Notes: generated by a model not told the origin, from the sequence alone. DNA of 15,584 bases from Bacillota bacterium (GCA_023391535.1 JAEWAU010000077.1:1-15584); one strand, 5' to 3'; positions 1 through 9,124 are shown, counted from the stretch's first letter. A program made the numbers and translations.

Positions 1-174
1 GGGGGGGCACTGGTTTACGGCTTTTCCCTATTTCCCCCCGGCGCGGGCCTAACGGCCCGCCGCGCATATATTGGAATGTTATACGATTTTCCGATAAACA
101 CGCGGCTAAAATCCGTTTTCCATCGGAGAAAAGAATTGCCGGTAGCATCCAGCAAGAAAGGGAGGGCCTTTTTT

Positions 175-807
175 ATGGAAGAAAATCTCGGCGGCAAAAC
201 CGTCCGGCTCCAGACCGTGCTGCGCCTGCCTTATTACAGCTCGCACGCGGAGGACGCGCGGATTTCCACGGAGGATCTGTATGTCCGGCCGCTGCCGGAG
301 GGCGGCGCGCTCGTGTATGGAAGCTGCCGCGTCACGCTGCTGTTCAGCCGCACCGATTCCAAAGGCGAGCGGTTTTACGGCGTCGAAAGCAAGGACATCC
401 CCATGTGCGAAACGGTGCCGTGCCCGCAAGGCGCGTCGGGCCGCCTGCTGGCGCGCTTCGAACCGGAGCTGCGCTGGCAGCACGGCGGAACCGGCTCCTA
501 TCTGTGGGAAATTGCGGCGGAAGGGCAGCTTTCGGTGCAGCAGGAAAATACGGAGCGGCGAAGCACCGCGTTCGGAGAAACGCCGGGCGCCGCGGAGCCG
601 GAAGGCACGGCGCCGGGCGTGCCGGCGTTTGCCGAAGCGGACGGAACGTCCGACGGCGTCACCGTTTTTCCGCTCGGGAAGCTTGGCCTGAACGCGGGCC
701 AGGCGCTGGATCTCGGCAGCGCCGCGCTCGGCCGCCTGTTCAGCGAAGCGGATGCGGCGCCCGCGCAGGGCCGGAATCCCGGAGCGCCTTCGGCTCCGAA
801 AGATTAG
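175..807 (+). CDS. Hypothetical protein (about 210 aa). The ORF track starts it at 76, but the ATG at 175 has a strong RBS. No family recognised by eye; Ala/Pro/Gly-rich C-terminal half.
   Basis: Open frame 76..807. GGGAGG at 162-167 sits 7 nt before ATG 175. The opposite-strand 488-aa ORF 106..1572 is Arg-rich high-GC noise. Confidence 0.5.
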   Translation: MEENLGGKTVRLQTVLRLPYYSSHAEDARISTEDLYVRPLPEGGALVYGSCRVTLLFSRTDSKGERFYGVESKDIPMCETVPCPQGASGRLLARFEPELRWQHGGTGSYLWEIAAEGQLSVQQENTERRSTAFGETPGAAEPEGTAPGVPAFAEADGTSDGVTVFPLGKLGLNAGQALDLGSAALGRLFSEADAAPAQGRNPGAPSAPKD

Positions 808-877
808 CGCGCGGGCAGTGCAAAACCCGCGCCTTTGCGCATATCCACCGCCGTTTCCGGCAAAATAAACGTGAAAT

Positions 878-986
878 GGTTGCGGCGTTCCATAAAAGCC
901 TGAAAGAGACTTCGTTTCGTCCGCCTGTCTTCGCGAAAAGGCGAAACGCTTCCAAAGCCGTCGGTCTTTTCTGGAGATGCCGCGGG
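878..986 (-). repeat. Copy C5 (minus orientation) of the ~105-nt intergenic repeat/structured-RNA-like element family.
   Basis: The reverse complement begins cccgcggcatctccagaaaag...ggaagcgtttcgccttttcgcg and ends ggcttttatggaacgccgc. This aligns block by block with the copy at 9350-9460. Confidence 0.6.
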
Positions 987-1146
987 AACAACGGATTTCC
1001 GGCCCGCTTTTCGCGAGCTGGATTGCCGCGGATGAACGATACGAATCTCCAATAAAATAATCAGGAAAAATCCGCATCAAAACCCATACGGGAGCGTCTT
1101 TGACGCGAATTTTTTTCCGGATTGGAATCGGACATTCGTTGAAAGG

Positions 1147-2391
1147 ATGGTCATAAACATGACGCAAACGGTGTTGGACGTTCCGTTCTGGACAGCGGAA
1201 GCAAAGGTGCCGAACCAGTATCCCTACCTGACGGAGGATTTGGACTGCGAGGTGGCCGTGGTGGGCGGCGGCATCACGGGTGCCCTGTGCGCATACGCGC
1301 TGGCGAAAGCGGGCGTGAACACGGTGCTTCTGGATTCCGCTCTCATCGGTTTTGGCGCGACGGGCACGGCGTCCTCCATTCTGCAATACGATATCGATTA
1401 CGATCTCTCGAGTCTGAAAGACCTCATCGGCATCGAAAATGCGGTGCGCGCCTACCGCGCCTGCGCGCGCGGCCTGGACGAGATCGACCGGCTGGTGCGC
1501 GAGCTGGGCGCGAACGTGGGCTTTTCGCGGCGCGACAGCTTCTATTATGCCCAGGACCCGTGCGACGCGCACACCATCAAGCAGGAATATCTATTGCGCC
1601 GCCGCCACGAATTCCCGGCGGAACTGCTCGACAGCGCCCGCGCGGCGGACCGCTTCTCGTTCCGCGTGGAAGCGGGCATCTACGCGTCCAACATGGCGGG
1701 CGAGGTGGACCCGTACCGCCTGACGCACGCGGTGATTGCGGACGCCGTTTCCGCCGGCCTGCGCGTATTCGAGAACACGCCCGTGGAAAGCGCTTCGCCC
1801 GAGCTTTCGGGAATCCGGCTCACCACGCACACGCATCACACGGTCACGGCCAAAAAGATGGTGAACGCCACCGGGCTTGCCGCGGCGCGGGAAGCCGGGC
1901 ACGTGGTGCAGAAGCGCACCACGTTCTGCGTAGTCACCGCGCCCGTGCAGGGCTTCGACGGCTGGTACAACCGCTGCGTCATCCGCGACAACTGCCCCGG
2001 CTCGGTGTATCTGCGCACGCTGCCGGACGACCGCATTCTCATCGGCGGGCTGGATACGTGCTTTTTGGATGTCCGCGGCGCTCTCGCCGGCATCCTGCCC
2101 GTACACAGCGCCGCGAACAGCCGGTTCGATTACCTGGAGCACCGGCTCGCCTCCATGATGACGGGTATCGACGGCATCGAGTCGGAATACCGCTTCAAGG
2201 GCGCTACGATCGATACGGGCGACGGCCTCCCCTATGTGGGAGAACGGCCGGACTGCCCGAACGTCTATTACACGCTCTGCGGCGGTTCAAACGGCATCGT
2301 GTTCGCGCAGCTCGCGGCCGACCTTGTGCGCGACTTTTACCTCGGCGGCGACGCCGCCGACTGCGACCTCTTCGCCTTCGGCCGCCTCTAA
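1147..2391 (+). CDS. FAD-dependent oxidoreductase (DAO / glycine-oxidase-like family).
   Basis: N-terminal Rossmann motif VAVVGGGITGALCAYALAKAGVNTVLLD. Length 414 aa. Start ambiguous: ATG 1147 lies directly after AAAGGA, and ATG 1159 is 12 nt downstream. Confidence 0.8.
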   Translation: MVINMTQTVLDVPFWTAEAKVPNQYPYLTEDLDCEVAVVGGGITGALCAYALAKAGVNTVLLDSALIGFGATGTASSILQYDIDYDLSSLKDLIGIENAVRAYRACARGLDEIDRLVRELGANVGFSRRDSFYYAQDPCDAHTIKQEYLLRRRHEFPAELLDSARAADRFSFRVEAGIYASNMAGEVDPYRLTHAVIADAVSAGLRVFENTPVESASPELSGIRLTTHTHHTVTAKKMVNATGLAAAREAGHVVQKRTTFCVVTAPVQGFDGWYNRCVIRDNCPGSVYLRTLPDDRILIGGLDTCFLDVRGALAGILPVHSAANSRFDYLEHRLASMMTGIDGIESEYRFKGATIDTGDGLPYVGERPDCPNVYYTLCGGSNGIVFAQLAADLVRDFYLGGDAADCDLFAFGRL

Positions 2392-2580
2392 CCAGCTGCG
2401 CTGGAGGCAATACGTGGGGCAGCCGGGCAAAATCAGCAAATCGGTTCCCCGCGAACGGTTTCCGAGCGGCAAAGGCACAAAGGCGGACCGGCTGGCGCCG
2501 GGGCGGGACGCGGGGCAGCCGGATGGAAACCGCGGGCTGAATCCCCGCGAAAAGTATTTTAGCTAAGGCAGAAAAAACGG

Positions 2581-2627
2581 GCCGCCCGGAAAGCGAATTT
2601 TCCGGGCGGCACGCTTTTTTATATTTT
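2581..2627. terminator. Bidirectional rho-independent terminator between the convergent oxidoreductase and GH2 genes.
   Basis: Perfect 12-bp inverted repeat GCCGCCCGGAAA / TTTCCGGGCGGC with 6-nt loop gcgaat. Flanked by an A-run (cagaaaaaac) upstream and a T-run (cgcttttttatatttt) downstream. Confidence 0.7.
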
Positions 2628-2631
2628 GCGC

Positions 2632-4338
2632 CTAGCGGCCGATGCGGTCCATCAATGCCTTAACCTGTTCGGGCGAAAGCTTGATCTGCTTGCGGTCGTA
2701 GGTGATCAAGCCGTTGAGCTCGTCTTCCACGTCGGTGAGCTGGGTGTAGACGGCGGCGGCAAGGCCCGCCTTTTTTGCCGGTGCGATCTGCTCCTCGTAG
2801 AGCTTTGCGAATGCGTCCCAGAGCTCCCCGGGCGACCTCAGCTTTTTATAGCCGAAGTCCTTTGCGTTAAAGCAGTGCCCTTCCACGCGGAAGTTATAGC
2901 CGCCGAACTCGGAAAGGCCCTCCGCGCGCCCCAGCCGGTCCGGGCGGAACCGGTATTTCCGGAAGTAGACGTGGCGGCTGTGAAATTCCCCGGCTCCCTG
3001 GTCGTACCAGCCGCTCGCGTGGTCCGCCACGCGCGTGCCGTCGAGCTTTCGGAGCAGGGCGCAGGCCTTCGCGGCGTCGAACTGCCCCCATCCCTCGTTG
3101 AAAGCGACCCACATGGAGACGCACACCGTATTGTACAGGCAGGCAACCGTCTCCTCCAGCTCCCGGATATACTGCGCGCGGCCCTGCGCGTCCCCACGCG
3201 AAAAGAGGGAATAGCGGCTGTCCTTCGTGCGAAGCTCGCCCAGCGCCGGCAGGCTCACCACAAGCGGCCGGTAAGCTCCGCCGCCGCACACCATATCCTG
3301 CCACACCAGCATGCCCAAACGGTCGCAGTGATAATACCAGCGCAGCGGCTCGACTTTGATGTGCTTGCGAAGCAGGTTGTACCCCATGCTCTTGGCCGTT
3401 TGGATATCGAACACCATGGCCTCGTCCGAGGGCGCCGTGTAGAGCCCGTCGCAGTAATAGCCCTGGTCGAGCAATCCGTTCTGGAAATACGGCCGGTTGT
3501 TCAAAAACAGGCGGCGGATTCCGGCCTCGTCCGTGCCCACGGAGAATTTCCGCATTCCGAAATAGCTTTGCACCCGGTCCTGCCCCATCGTGACGGTGAG
3601 GCCGTACAAAAACGGGTTTTCCGGCGTCCACGGCGTAAACTCCCCCAGCGGAAGCTTCGCCGGCTCCCCCGCCGCAAAGGCGATCGTTCTGCCGCCCGCC
3701 TCCGCCGTGCACGGGAGGGAGGAATCCGAGAGCACCGTGATCTCCACCGCGCCTTCGTCGAACAGCGGCGTAACGCGCAGCGAGCGGATATACGCCTCCG
3801 GCACGCTCTCGGCCCACACCGTCTGCCAGATGCCGCTCTGCGCCGTGTACCAGATGCCGCCGCGCACAAGCTTCTGCTTTCCCCTGCCGTACGGCGAGGC
3901 GTCGCTGTCGTCGCGCACCTTCACCACGAGCGTGTTCTCTTCCCGCAGCCCTTCGGTGATATCCGCGCCGAACGGGGTGTATCCCCCCGCGTGGGAGCAC
4001 ACCTCCCGCCCGTTTACATACACTGCGGCTTTCTGGTCCACCGCGCCGAAATGCAGCAGCACCCGGCCGATGCAAAACCCCTCGGGGATGCGGAACGTGC
4101 GCCGGTACCACAGCGTCTGCCCCGGCCGCAGGGTGCGCCCCACGCCGCTCAGCTCACATTCGGGCGAAAAGGGAACCAGAATCTTCCCCTCGAACGCGTC
4201 GGGTATCCGCTCCGTATCGGTAAACGCGTAGTCCCACGGGCCGTTGAGGTTCAGGCAGCTTTCGCGCGCCATCTGCGGGCGCGGGTATTCGGGCAGGATC
4301 TTGTTTTCATCCAGAGCTTCCCCCCAGGGAGTTTTCAT
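2632..4338 (-). CDS. Glycoside hydrolase family 2 enzyme (beta-galactosidase / beta-mannosidase / beta-glucuronidase superfamily), 568 aa. Specificity not resolved.
   Basis: N-terminal sugar-binding domain (LNGPWDYAF, WYRRTF). Acid/base motif WVAFNEGWG and nucleophile motif LSEFGGYNF in the TIM barrel. Start is MKTPWGE at 4338 with RBS GGGGGAG. The ATG lies 1 nt after the upstream MFS stop (TAAcATG). Confidence 0.85.
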   Translation of the reverse strand: MKTPWGEALDENKILPEYPRPQMARESCLNLNGPWDYAFTDTERIPDAFEGKILVPFSPECELSGVGRTLRPGQTLWYRRTFRIPEGFCIGRVLLHFGAVDQKAAVYVNGREVCSHAGGYTPFGADITEGLREENTLVVKVRDDSDASPYGRGKQKLVRGGIWYTAQSGIWQTVWAESVPEAYIRSLRVTPLFDEGAVEITVLSDSSLPCTAEAGGRTIAFAAGEPAKLPLGEFTPWTPENPFLYGLTVTMGQDRVQSYFGMRKFSVGTDEAGIRRLFLNNRPYFQNGLLDQGYYCDGLYTAPSDEAMVFDIQTAKSMGYNLLRKHIKVEPLRWYYHCDRLGMLVWQDMVCGGGAYRPLVVSLPALGELRTKDSRYSLFSRGDAQGRAQYIRELEETVACLYNTVCVSMWVAFNEGWGQFDAAKACALLRKLDGTRVADHASGWYDQGAGEFHSRHVYFRKYRFRPDRLGRAEGLSEFGGYNFRVEGHCFNAKDFGYKKLRSPGELWDAFAKLYEEQIAPAKKAGLAAAVYTQLTDVEDELNGLITYDRKQIKLSPEQVKALMDRIGR

Positions 4339-4339
4339 G

Positions 4340-5674
4340 TTACGGCTCCCCCTTTTCCGGGGCGGCGAGGGCCTCCGGCGCGGCCGTGGGGTGCAGGCCC
4401 GCCGCTTCCCGGCGTTTGAGCAGCAGCACGGGCGCTGCCAGGAAAAGCAGCGCAAAAGCCGCCGCCAGGAAAATGCCCGGCGTTGGCACCTGCTTCACCA
4501 CGCCCAGATCCACATAAGTGTTTTTGCTGTTCTGGATTACGGCCGCGCCGATATACGGCCCGATAATCATCGGCAGCATTACCGCGAAGATCATGCGGAT
4601 GCCCTGAAAATGCCCGGCCTTATCCGGAGGCGTGTAATCGCGGATCACCGCGGAAAGCGAGGCCGTCACCAGCATGTAGCCGGACATCATCACCGAGCCG
4701 GCCACCGCCACCGCCGCCGCTCCGCGCACGAAAAACATGCCGAGCAGCCCCGCCAGCATCACGGCCGAGGCGGGGAGCGAAAACTTCAGTTTGCCCACGC
4801 GGTCGATGAACGAGCCGCCCGCCACGCTCACGGCGGAGGCGACGAGCAGCACAATGCCGAGCAACACGGCGTAATTGCCGATCTTCAGGTAATTTTCCAG
4901 ATAAATAATCAGATAGGGGAAGAAGATCTGCACCGAAACGGAAAGGACGCAGAACGCGCACAGGGCAAGGTAAAGCCCGGGGTTGCGCCGCATCACGGAA
5001 GGGCGGAAGCCGTACACGAGGTTGCGGAAGAACGAATCCTGCTTCCAGCCCTCCTTTTTGTCGCGCACCAGAAAGAGGGCCGCCACGCCGGCCAGCGATA
5101 CCAGCGCGCCGAAGATGGCGAAAAACTCTTTCCATTGCCCGCGCCGCGTCATCGGGTCGAACAGGCCGAAGATCACGAGCATCGAAATCAGCGGAAGCAC
5201 GGCCAGTACCGATTCCACCCGGCCGCGGTTGCGCGGGCTGGTGACATCGGTGACATAGGCGTTGAACGTGGAATCGTAGGCCGTGGAACCGAAGAAGGTC
5301 ATCACACAGTCCATCACCACCACCATTGTGGCGGCGGCGGCCACGCTGTTCCACATCGGGAACCACGCGGCGGCGTTTTTGACGCTGATGAAGCCGAACA
5401 CCCCGGTGGTGAAGCCCCAGATGATAAACCCCGTGCAGATAAACGCCTTGCGCCTCCCCGCCTTATCGGACCACGCGCCCATCAGCAGGGTGGTAAGCGT
5501 GGCCGCCACGGCGCTGGCGGCCACCATTTCGGCGATGTAATTCGGATTGGTGGAGATCGTGTTGTAGAGAAAGAGATTGAAGTACATATTCTCAATGGTC
5601 CACGCGAACTGCCCCATCAGCCCGAGCAGCAGGAACGATGCCCAGATGCGCTTCGAAAGCCCGTATTTTCCCAT
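4340..5674 (-). CDS. MFS transporter, glycoside-pentoside-hexuronide (GPH):cation symporter family. Cotranscribed with the GH2 gene.
   Basis: Twelve predicted hydrophobic segments; N-terminal motif GLMGQFAWTIENMYFNLFLYN. Start chosen at MGKYG (5674), which has the better RBS GGAAAGGCGGA; an alternative ATG is at 5692. Stop TAA at 4340-4342 abuts the GH2 start. Confidence 0.8.
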   Translation of the reverse strand: MGKYGLSKRIWASFLLLGLMGQFAWTIENMYFNLFLYNTISTNPNYIAEMVAASAVAATLTTLLMGAWSDKAGRRKAFICTGFIIWGFTTGVFGFISVKNAAAWFPMWNSVAAAATMVVVMDCVMTFFGSTAYDSTFNAYVTDVTSPRNRGRVESVLAVLPLISMLVIFGLFDPMTRRGQWKEFFAIFGALVSLAGVAALFLVRDKKEGWKQDSFFRNLVYGFRPSVMRRNPGLYLALCAFCVLSVSVQIFFPYLIIYLENYLKIGNYAVLLGIVLLVASAVSVAGGSFIDRVGKLKFSLPASAVMLAGLLGMFFVRGAAAVAVAGSVMMSGYMLVTASLSAVIRDYTPPDKAGHFQGIRMIFAVMLPMIIGPYIGAAVIQNSKNTYVDLGVVKQVPTPGIFLAAAFALLFLAAPVLLLKRREAAGLHPTAAPEALAAPEKGEP

Positions 5675-5935
5675 AACCGTCCGCCTTTCCATCCGTCATA
5701 CGTTTCTTCGATTGGAAAGAGAAAATCTTCGCGCCGGATTTGCTTTATGGGTTTTGGCGCGGATTTTCTCCGCAAGCCGACCGGAGAATCACATCCCACG
5801 CCCAGCCGGCCCGGTTTTCCTGCCTCCGCGGCGCAAGCGCGGCTTTTACACCAGTATACCGCAGGAAAACGCAAAAAAGAATCTTTTCCAGCAAGGTTCC
5901 GGGGCGCGGACGGATTTTTTTGTAAAACCGGGGAA

Positions 5936-5973
5936 GGCGCCGCGGAAGAAACCGAAGCCTCTTCCGCGGCGCC
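5936..5973 (-). terminator. Hairpin terminator downstream of the flotillin gene (minus strand).
   Basis: Perfect 14-bp inverted repeat GGCGCCGCGGAAGA / TCTTCCGCGGCGCC with 10-nt loop, 35 nt after the flotillin stop. Minus-strand U-run is short (GGUUUUAC). Confidence 0.55.
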
Positions 5974-6008
5974 TTTCCGCCGCAAAACAAAACAGGGTGA
6001 AAAAACGC

Positions 6009-8060
6009 TTACATCGGCTTTGCGTTCCCGGAGCTTTCTTCCGGCGCGGGAGCCGTTTCGGCCTGCGGCGCCGCGGCGGGCGCCGGGTTCGCGTCTGCGG
6101 GAGCCTCCGCCCTGGGCGCGGAAGGCATCTCCACGCCGAGCTTCGAGAGCGTGAGCAAATTGAGCAGCACCGAAAGAATGCCGCCGTCGCTCTGCTTCTC
6201 CGCGCCTCCCATGTTTACAACGGTCGTGGGCACGAGCGGGATTTTGGATTCGCGCATCGCCTCGGAGAGCTTGTCGGCGATCTCCTGCGTGAGCCGGTAG
6301 CCCGAACCGCCGTAGGCTTCCACCTGCTTCTGGATGGCCGTCGCCTTTGCGGTGCCCACGGCGGCTTCCTTTTCGGCCTCCGCGTTGCCTTCGAGGCGCA
6401 CGCGCTCGGCGTCGGCCCGCGCGATGGAGACGATCTTGTTGGCTTCCTGCGCGGCCTTGCGCGCAATGGCCTCGCCTTCGTTGGCCGCCACGTCGATGGC
6501 GATCTTGGACTGCGTGAGCGCCGTCTGGTTCTGCGCGGCGGCCTGCGCCTCGCGCAGGCTGCGCTCGGTTTCGGCGGCTTCGCGCTGCTTGTCGTAGGTG
6601 ACCTTCTGCTCCTCGGCGATCTGCCGGTCGCGCAGCTGGGTGAGGATGTTCTCGATGCGGCTGTCGCCCGGGGCGGCCTCCGGCGTACCGATGAGCACCT
6701 CTTCAAGGCTGAGGTTGTAGGCCGCGAACTTCTCGCGCATCTCCACCACCGCGCGTTCGCGGATGGCGCTGCGCTCCTGGATCAGCTCGATGAGCGTCTT
6801 GGTTTGGGCAATATCCTTGAAATACGCGGAAACCAGCGGGTCCAGCGACTGATTGACGAGCTTGGTAAGATCCCCGAAGCGCTGGATGACCCAAGGCGCC
6901 TCCTTGTAATCGATGTGCATCACGACGGAAAGCGGCAGCATCGGCTCGAACGCGTCCTTGGTGATGATATCCACCTCGGCGAGGTCGGCGTCGTATTTCT
7001 GCCCGCCGCTCTCATCCTTCTTCCACTTGAGGATGATGTTGGTGGTGGGCACCAGCGAGATGGCGCCCGCGTCGGTGTTGAACGCGTATTTGCCGGGCAT
7101 CAGCGGCTCGGCCAGCACGCCCTTGCAGCCGGCCTTTACCAGCTCGCCGTGGCCGTACTCCTCGCCCGTGGTGTCGGCTCCGCGCTTGCCGTAGAACGAC
7201 GTGACCACGCCCACGTACCCGATGGGGACAATGGTTTTGGGCCGCAGCTCCACCGTGGCGAACAGGCGGTTGATGTAATAGGTGCCGTCCGTGAGCACCT
7301 GGAGCTGTTTGCCGCGGCAGCCGCCCTCGGCAAGGAAATGCTCCGGGTCCTGAAAGCTCGCGTGGCCGTTGCCCACGTCGGGCGCAATAATCTCATTCTG
7401 CGCAATGGAAGGCCCGTCGTGCACGGTGACGATGCCGAGCATGTCGCTCGCGTCGCCCATGCCGGGCGTGCGCGGCCCCGCGCTGATGATGACCACGGGC
7501 GTGAACGCATTGCGCGCCTTGAGCGTGTTCTCAAGGCTCTGAAGCTCGGAGAGCTCGCGGGCTCCGGCGGCGATGGATTTGATGCCCGAGGTGGTGACGA
7601 CGATGAACTGGGCGAGGTTGATGGCGTAGGTGCCCTCGCGGAGGATACCGCGCTGCGGGCCGCGCTGCCCGCCGTTTTTCAAAAAGCCGCGCACGTCCTG
7701 AAAGTTATCCGCTTCCGGAACCACGCGCCCGAGGGTCTGCTGCGGCGCGAGGGGAACGCCGTCGCGGGCGAACACATAGGCCATTTCGCCCTGCGAAACG
7801 GTGAGGAGCGGATACCGGTGGATGCGGTACATCAGCGCCGTGCGGAAGTGGACGCCGCCGCGCAGCAGGTCGGGCATATAGCCCGCCTCTCCGTTTAACG
7901 CGATGATGGAATTTTTGAGCGAGCCTTTGAAGCTGAACCATTTTTCCACCACGGCTACTTCGCTCGGCTTGATGACGCGCAGGCCCAGGATTTTGAAAAT
8001 GAGGAGCCAGAGGACGATCAGCCCTCCCACGACGTAGAGGACCGGCAGGAGATTACCCAT
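6009..8060 (-). CDS. floT: Flotillin-like SPFH/band-7 domain protein (FloT/YuaG type), 683 aa, with an Ala/Pro-rich C-terminal tail.
   Basis: N-terminal membrane hairpin MGNLLPVLYVVGGLIVLWLLIF, SPFH core, and a long Ala/Glu-rich coiled-coil region (EAQAAAQNQ..., AEAEKEAAVG). Start at 8060 with RBS GAAAGGAAGG. The annotated 727-aa ORF adds 44 unsupported N-terminal residues. Confidence 0.85.
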   Translation of the reverse strand: MGNLLPVLYVVGGLIVLWLLIFKILGLRVIKPSEVAVVEKWFSFKGSLKNSIIALNGEAGYMPDLLRGGVHFRTALMYRIHRYPLLTVSQGEMAYVFARDGVPLAPQQTLGRVVPEADNFQDVRGFLKNGGQRGPQRGILREGTYAINLAQFIVVTTSGIKSIAAGARELSELQSLENTLKARNAFTPVVIISAGPRTPGMGDASDMLGIVTVHDGPSIAQNEIIAPDVGNGHASFQDPEHFLAEGGCRGKQLQVLTDGTYYINRLFATVELRPKTIVPIGYVGVVTSFYGKRGADTTGEEYGHGELVKAGCKGVLAEPLMPGKYAFNTDAGAISLVPTTNIILKWKKDESGGQKYDADLAEVDIITKDAFEPMLPLSVVMHIDYKEAPWVIQRFGDLTKLVNQSLDPLVSAYFKDIAQTKTLIELIQERSAIRERAVVEMREKFAAYNLSLEEVLIGTPEAAPGDSRIENILTQLRDRQIAEEQKVTYDKQREAAETERSLREAQAAAQNQTALTQSKIAIDVAANEGEAIARKAAQEANKIVSIARADAERVRLEGNAEAEKEAAVGTAKATAIQKQVEAYGGSGYRLTQEIADKLSEAMRESKIPLVPTTVVNMGGAEKQSDGGILSVLLNLLTLSKLGVEMPSAPRAEAPADANPAPAAAPQAETAPAPEESSGNAKPM

Positions 8061-8221
8061 AAACACGCCTTCCTTTCTGCGGCCCGGGCGGATTTGCCCG
8101 GGCCGGTCTCGGTGCTTCGTTTGCTGCCTTCCTTGCTTTTCTTTTATAGGAAACATACGTCCGGCGCGCCGGCGTATGAGGAGCAGGCACATGCCCGCCG
8201 TCTGTTTTTTCCGCGCGTTTC

Positions 8222-8244
8222 GACGAAATCCAACAAAAAAAGGT
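8222..8244 (-). terminator. Palindromic hairpin plus T-run (minus strand) between tspO and the flotillin gene.
   Basis: AAGGTTCCGGAACCTT, a perfect 16-bp palindrome, is followed on the minus strand by TTTTTTTGTTGG. Confidence 0.5.
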
Positions 8245-8602
8245 TCCGGAACCTTGCTGCAGCGGGCGAACCCGCGCCGTTTGCCCTCCGCTGCAATATG
8301 GGAATTATAACATACCCCCGGCAGGATACAAGGCCGGAATTCGGACGGTTTGTGCGGATTTGTGTCAAATTTGTCAATCTCCCCGTATCCGCCGCGCCGG
8401 AATTTTTCGGAACCTTTCGGGCGTTTATGCCGCCGCGCGGCGCGCGGCGCTTCGATGCGGCAAAGCGGCGATCATCGTGTGAAAAAGCGGCATTTATTTC
8501 CATATTCGTATTGCGCGGTTGTGCGGCGTATTCTTGCATTTTCTCTTTCAATCGCCGTTTTTCTCTGTTTTCCTCTGCTTTCATTTTTTTGGGGGGCGGC
8601 CT

Positions 8603-9085
8603 TCAGCCTTTCGCGAACAGCAGGGATGCCTGCAATACGCCGGCATACGCCGCCCAGAGCAGCAGCGGCAGCAGCAGGAAGCCGGCGGCGCGGTCCGCGC
8701 GGAAGAACCGCACGGTGGCCAGCAGCAGGTACAGCAGCAGGAGCAGCAGGCACACGAACGCGGCGAAATGCAGCCCCAGCGCGAAAAAGAGTACGCTCCA
8801 CAGCACCTGGAACGCGAGCTGCAGCAAAAACGCCGAAAGCGCCCCTTTCGCCCTTTCCCCGTCTTTACGCCACACGCGCCAGAAGGCGATGCCCGAAAGC
8901 AGGTAAAGCGCGCCCCAAACCGGCCCGAACGCCCACGCGGGCGGGGCGAACGCCGGCTTTTGCAGCATGGCGTAGATTTCCCCGGCGTTTTGCGACGCGA
9001 GCGCTCCGAGCGCCCCCGCTCCGAACGTCAGCAGCAGCGAGGCGACGAGCTTCAAAGCCGAGCTCCCTTTTGCCGAATCCGCCAT
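8603..9085 (-). CDS. tspO: TspO/MBR family tryptophan-rich sensory protein (translocator protein homolog).
   Basis: About 160 aa with five TM segments and Trp-rich conserved blocks (FAPPAWAFGPVWGALYLLSGIAFWRVW, LLLWAAYAG). Start ATG 9085 lies 7 nt after GGAGAAGGAG. Confidence 0.8.
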   Translation of the reverse strand: MADSAKGSSALKLVASLLLTFGAGALGALASQNAGEIYAMLQKPAFAPPAWAFGPVWGALYLLSGIAFWRVWRKDGERAKGALSAFLLQLAFQVLWSVLFFALGLHFAAFVCLLLLLLYLLLATVRFFRADRAAGFLLLPLLLWAAYAGVLQASLLFAKG

Positions 9086-9124
9086 ACGCACTCCTTCTCC
9101 CGGTTTTCACCGTACGTCCCATTC

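Noticed and set aside
106-1572. 488-aa minus-strand ORF overlapping the hypothetical gene and the oxidoreductase start
   Set aside because: Extremely Arg/Ala-rich, low-complexity translation typical of an out-of-frame reading of high-GC DNA. It overlaps better-supported plus-strand genes and a repeat element.
2626-4419. 597-aa plus-strand ORF antisense to the GH2 gene. Also 2894..4111 (-), 3590..4231 (+) and 2838..3197 (-).
   Set aside because: Mirror ORFs of the GH2 coding region with Arg/Pro/His-rich composition and no domain signatures. The GH2 frame has clear catalytic motifs.
4244-6154. 636-aa plus-strand ORF antisense to the MFS transporter. Also 4620..5366 (-).
   Set aside because: His/Arg/Gly-rich nonsense protein. 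It spans the MFS gene and the intergenic region including a terminator hairpin.
5577-7898. 773-aa plus-strand ORF antisense to the flotillin gene. Also 6215..6706, 7136..7534 and 6334..6597.
   Set aside because: Low-complexity Gly/Arg/Leu-rich translation. The flotillin frame carries the SPFH and coiled-coil hallmarks.
8144-8584. 146-aa minus ORF in the flotillin-tspO intergenic region. Also plus ORFs 8094..8906, 8350..9333 and 8519..9217.
   Set aside because: No RBS (CCCCCCAAAAAAA before the ATG) and interrupted by the palindromic terminator-like hairpin. The plus ORFs are antisense to tspO and Arg/Pro-rich.
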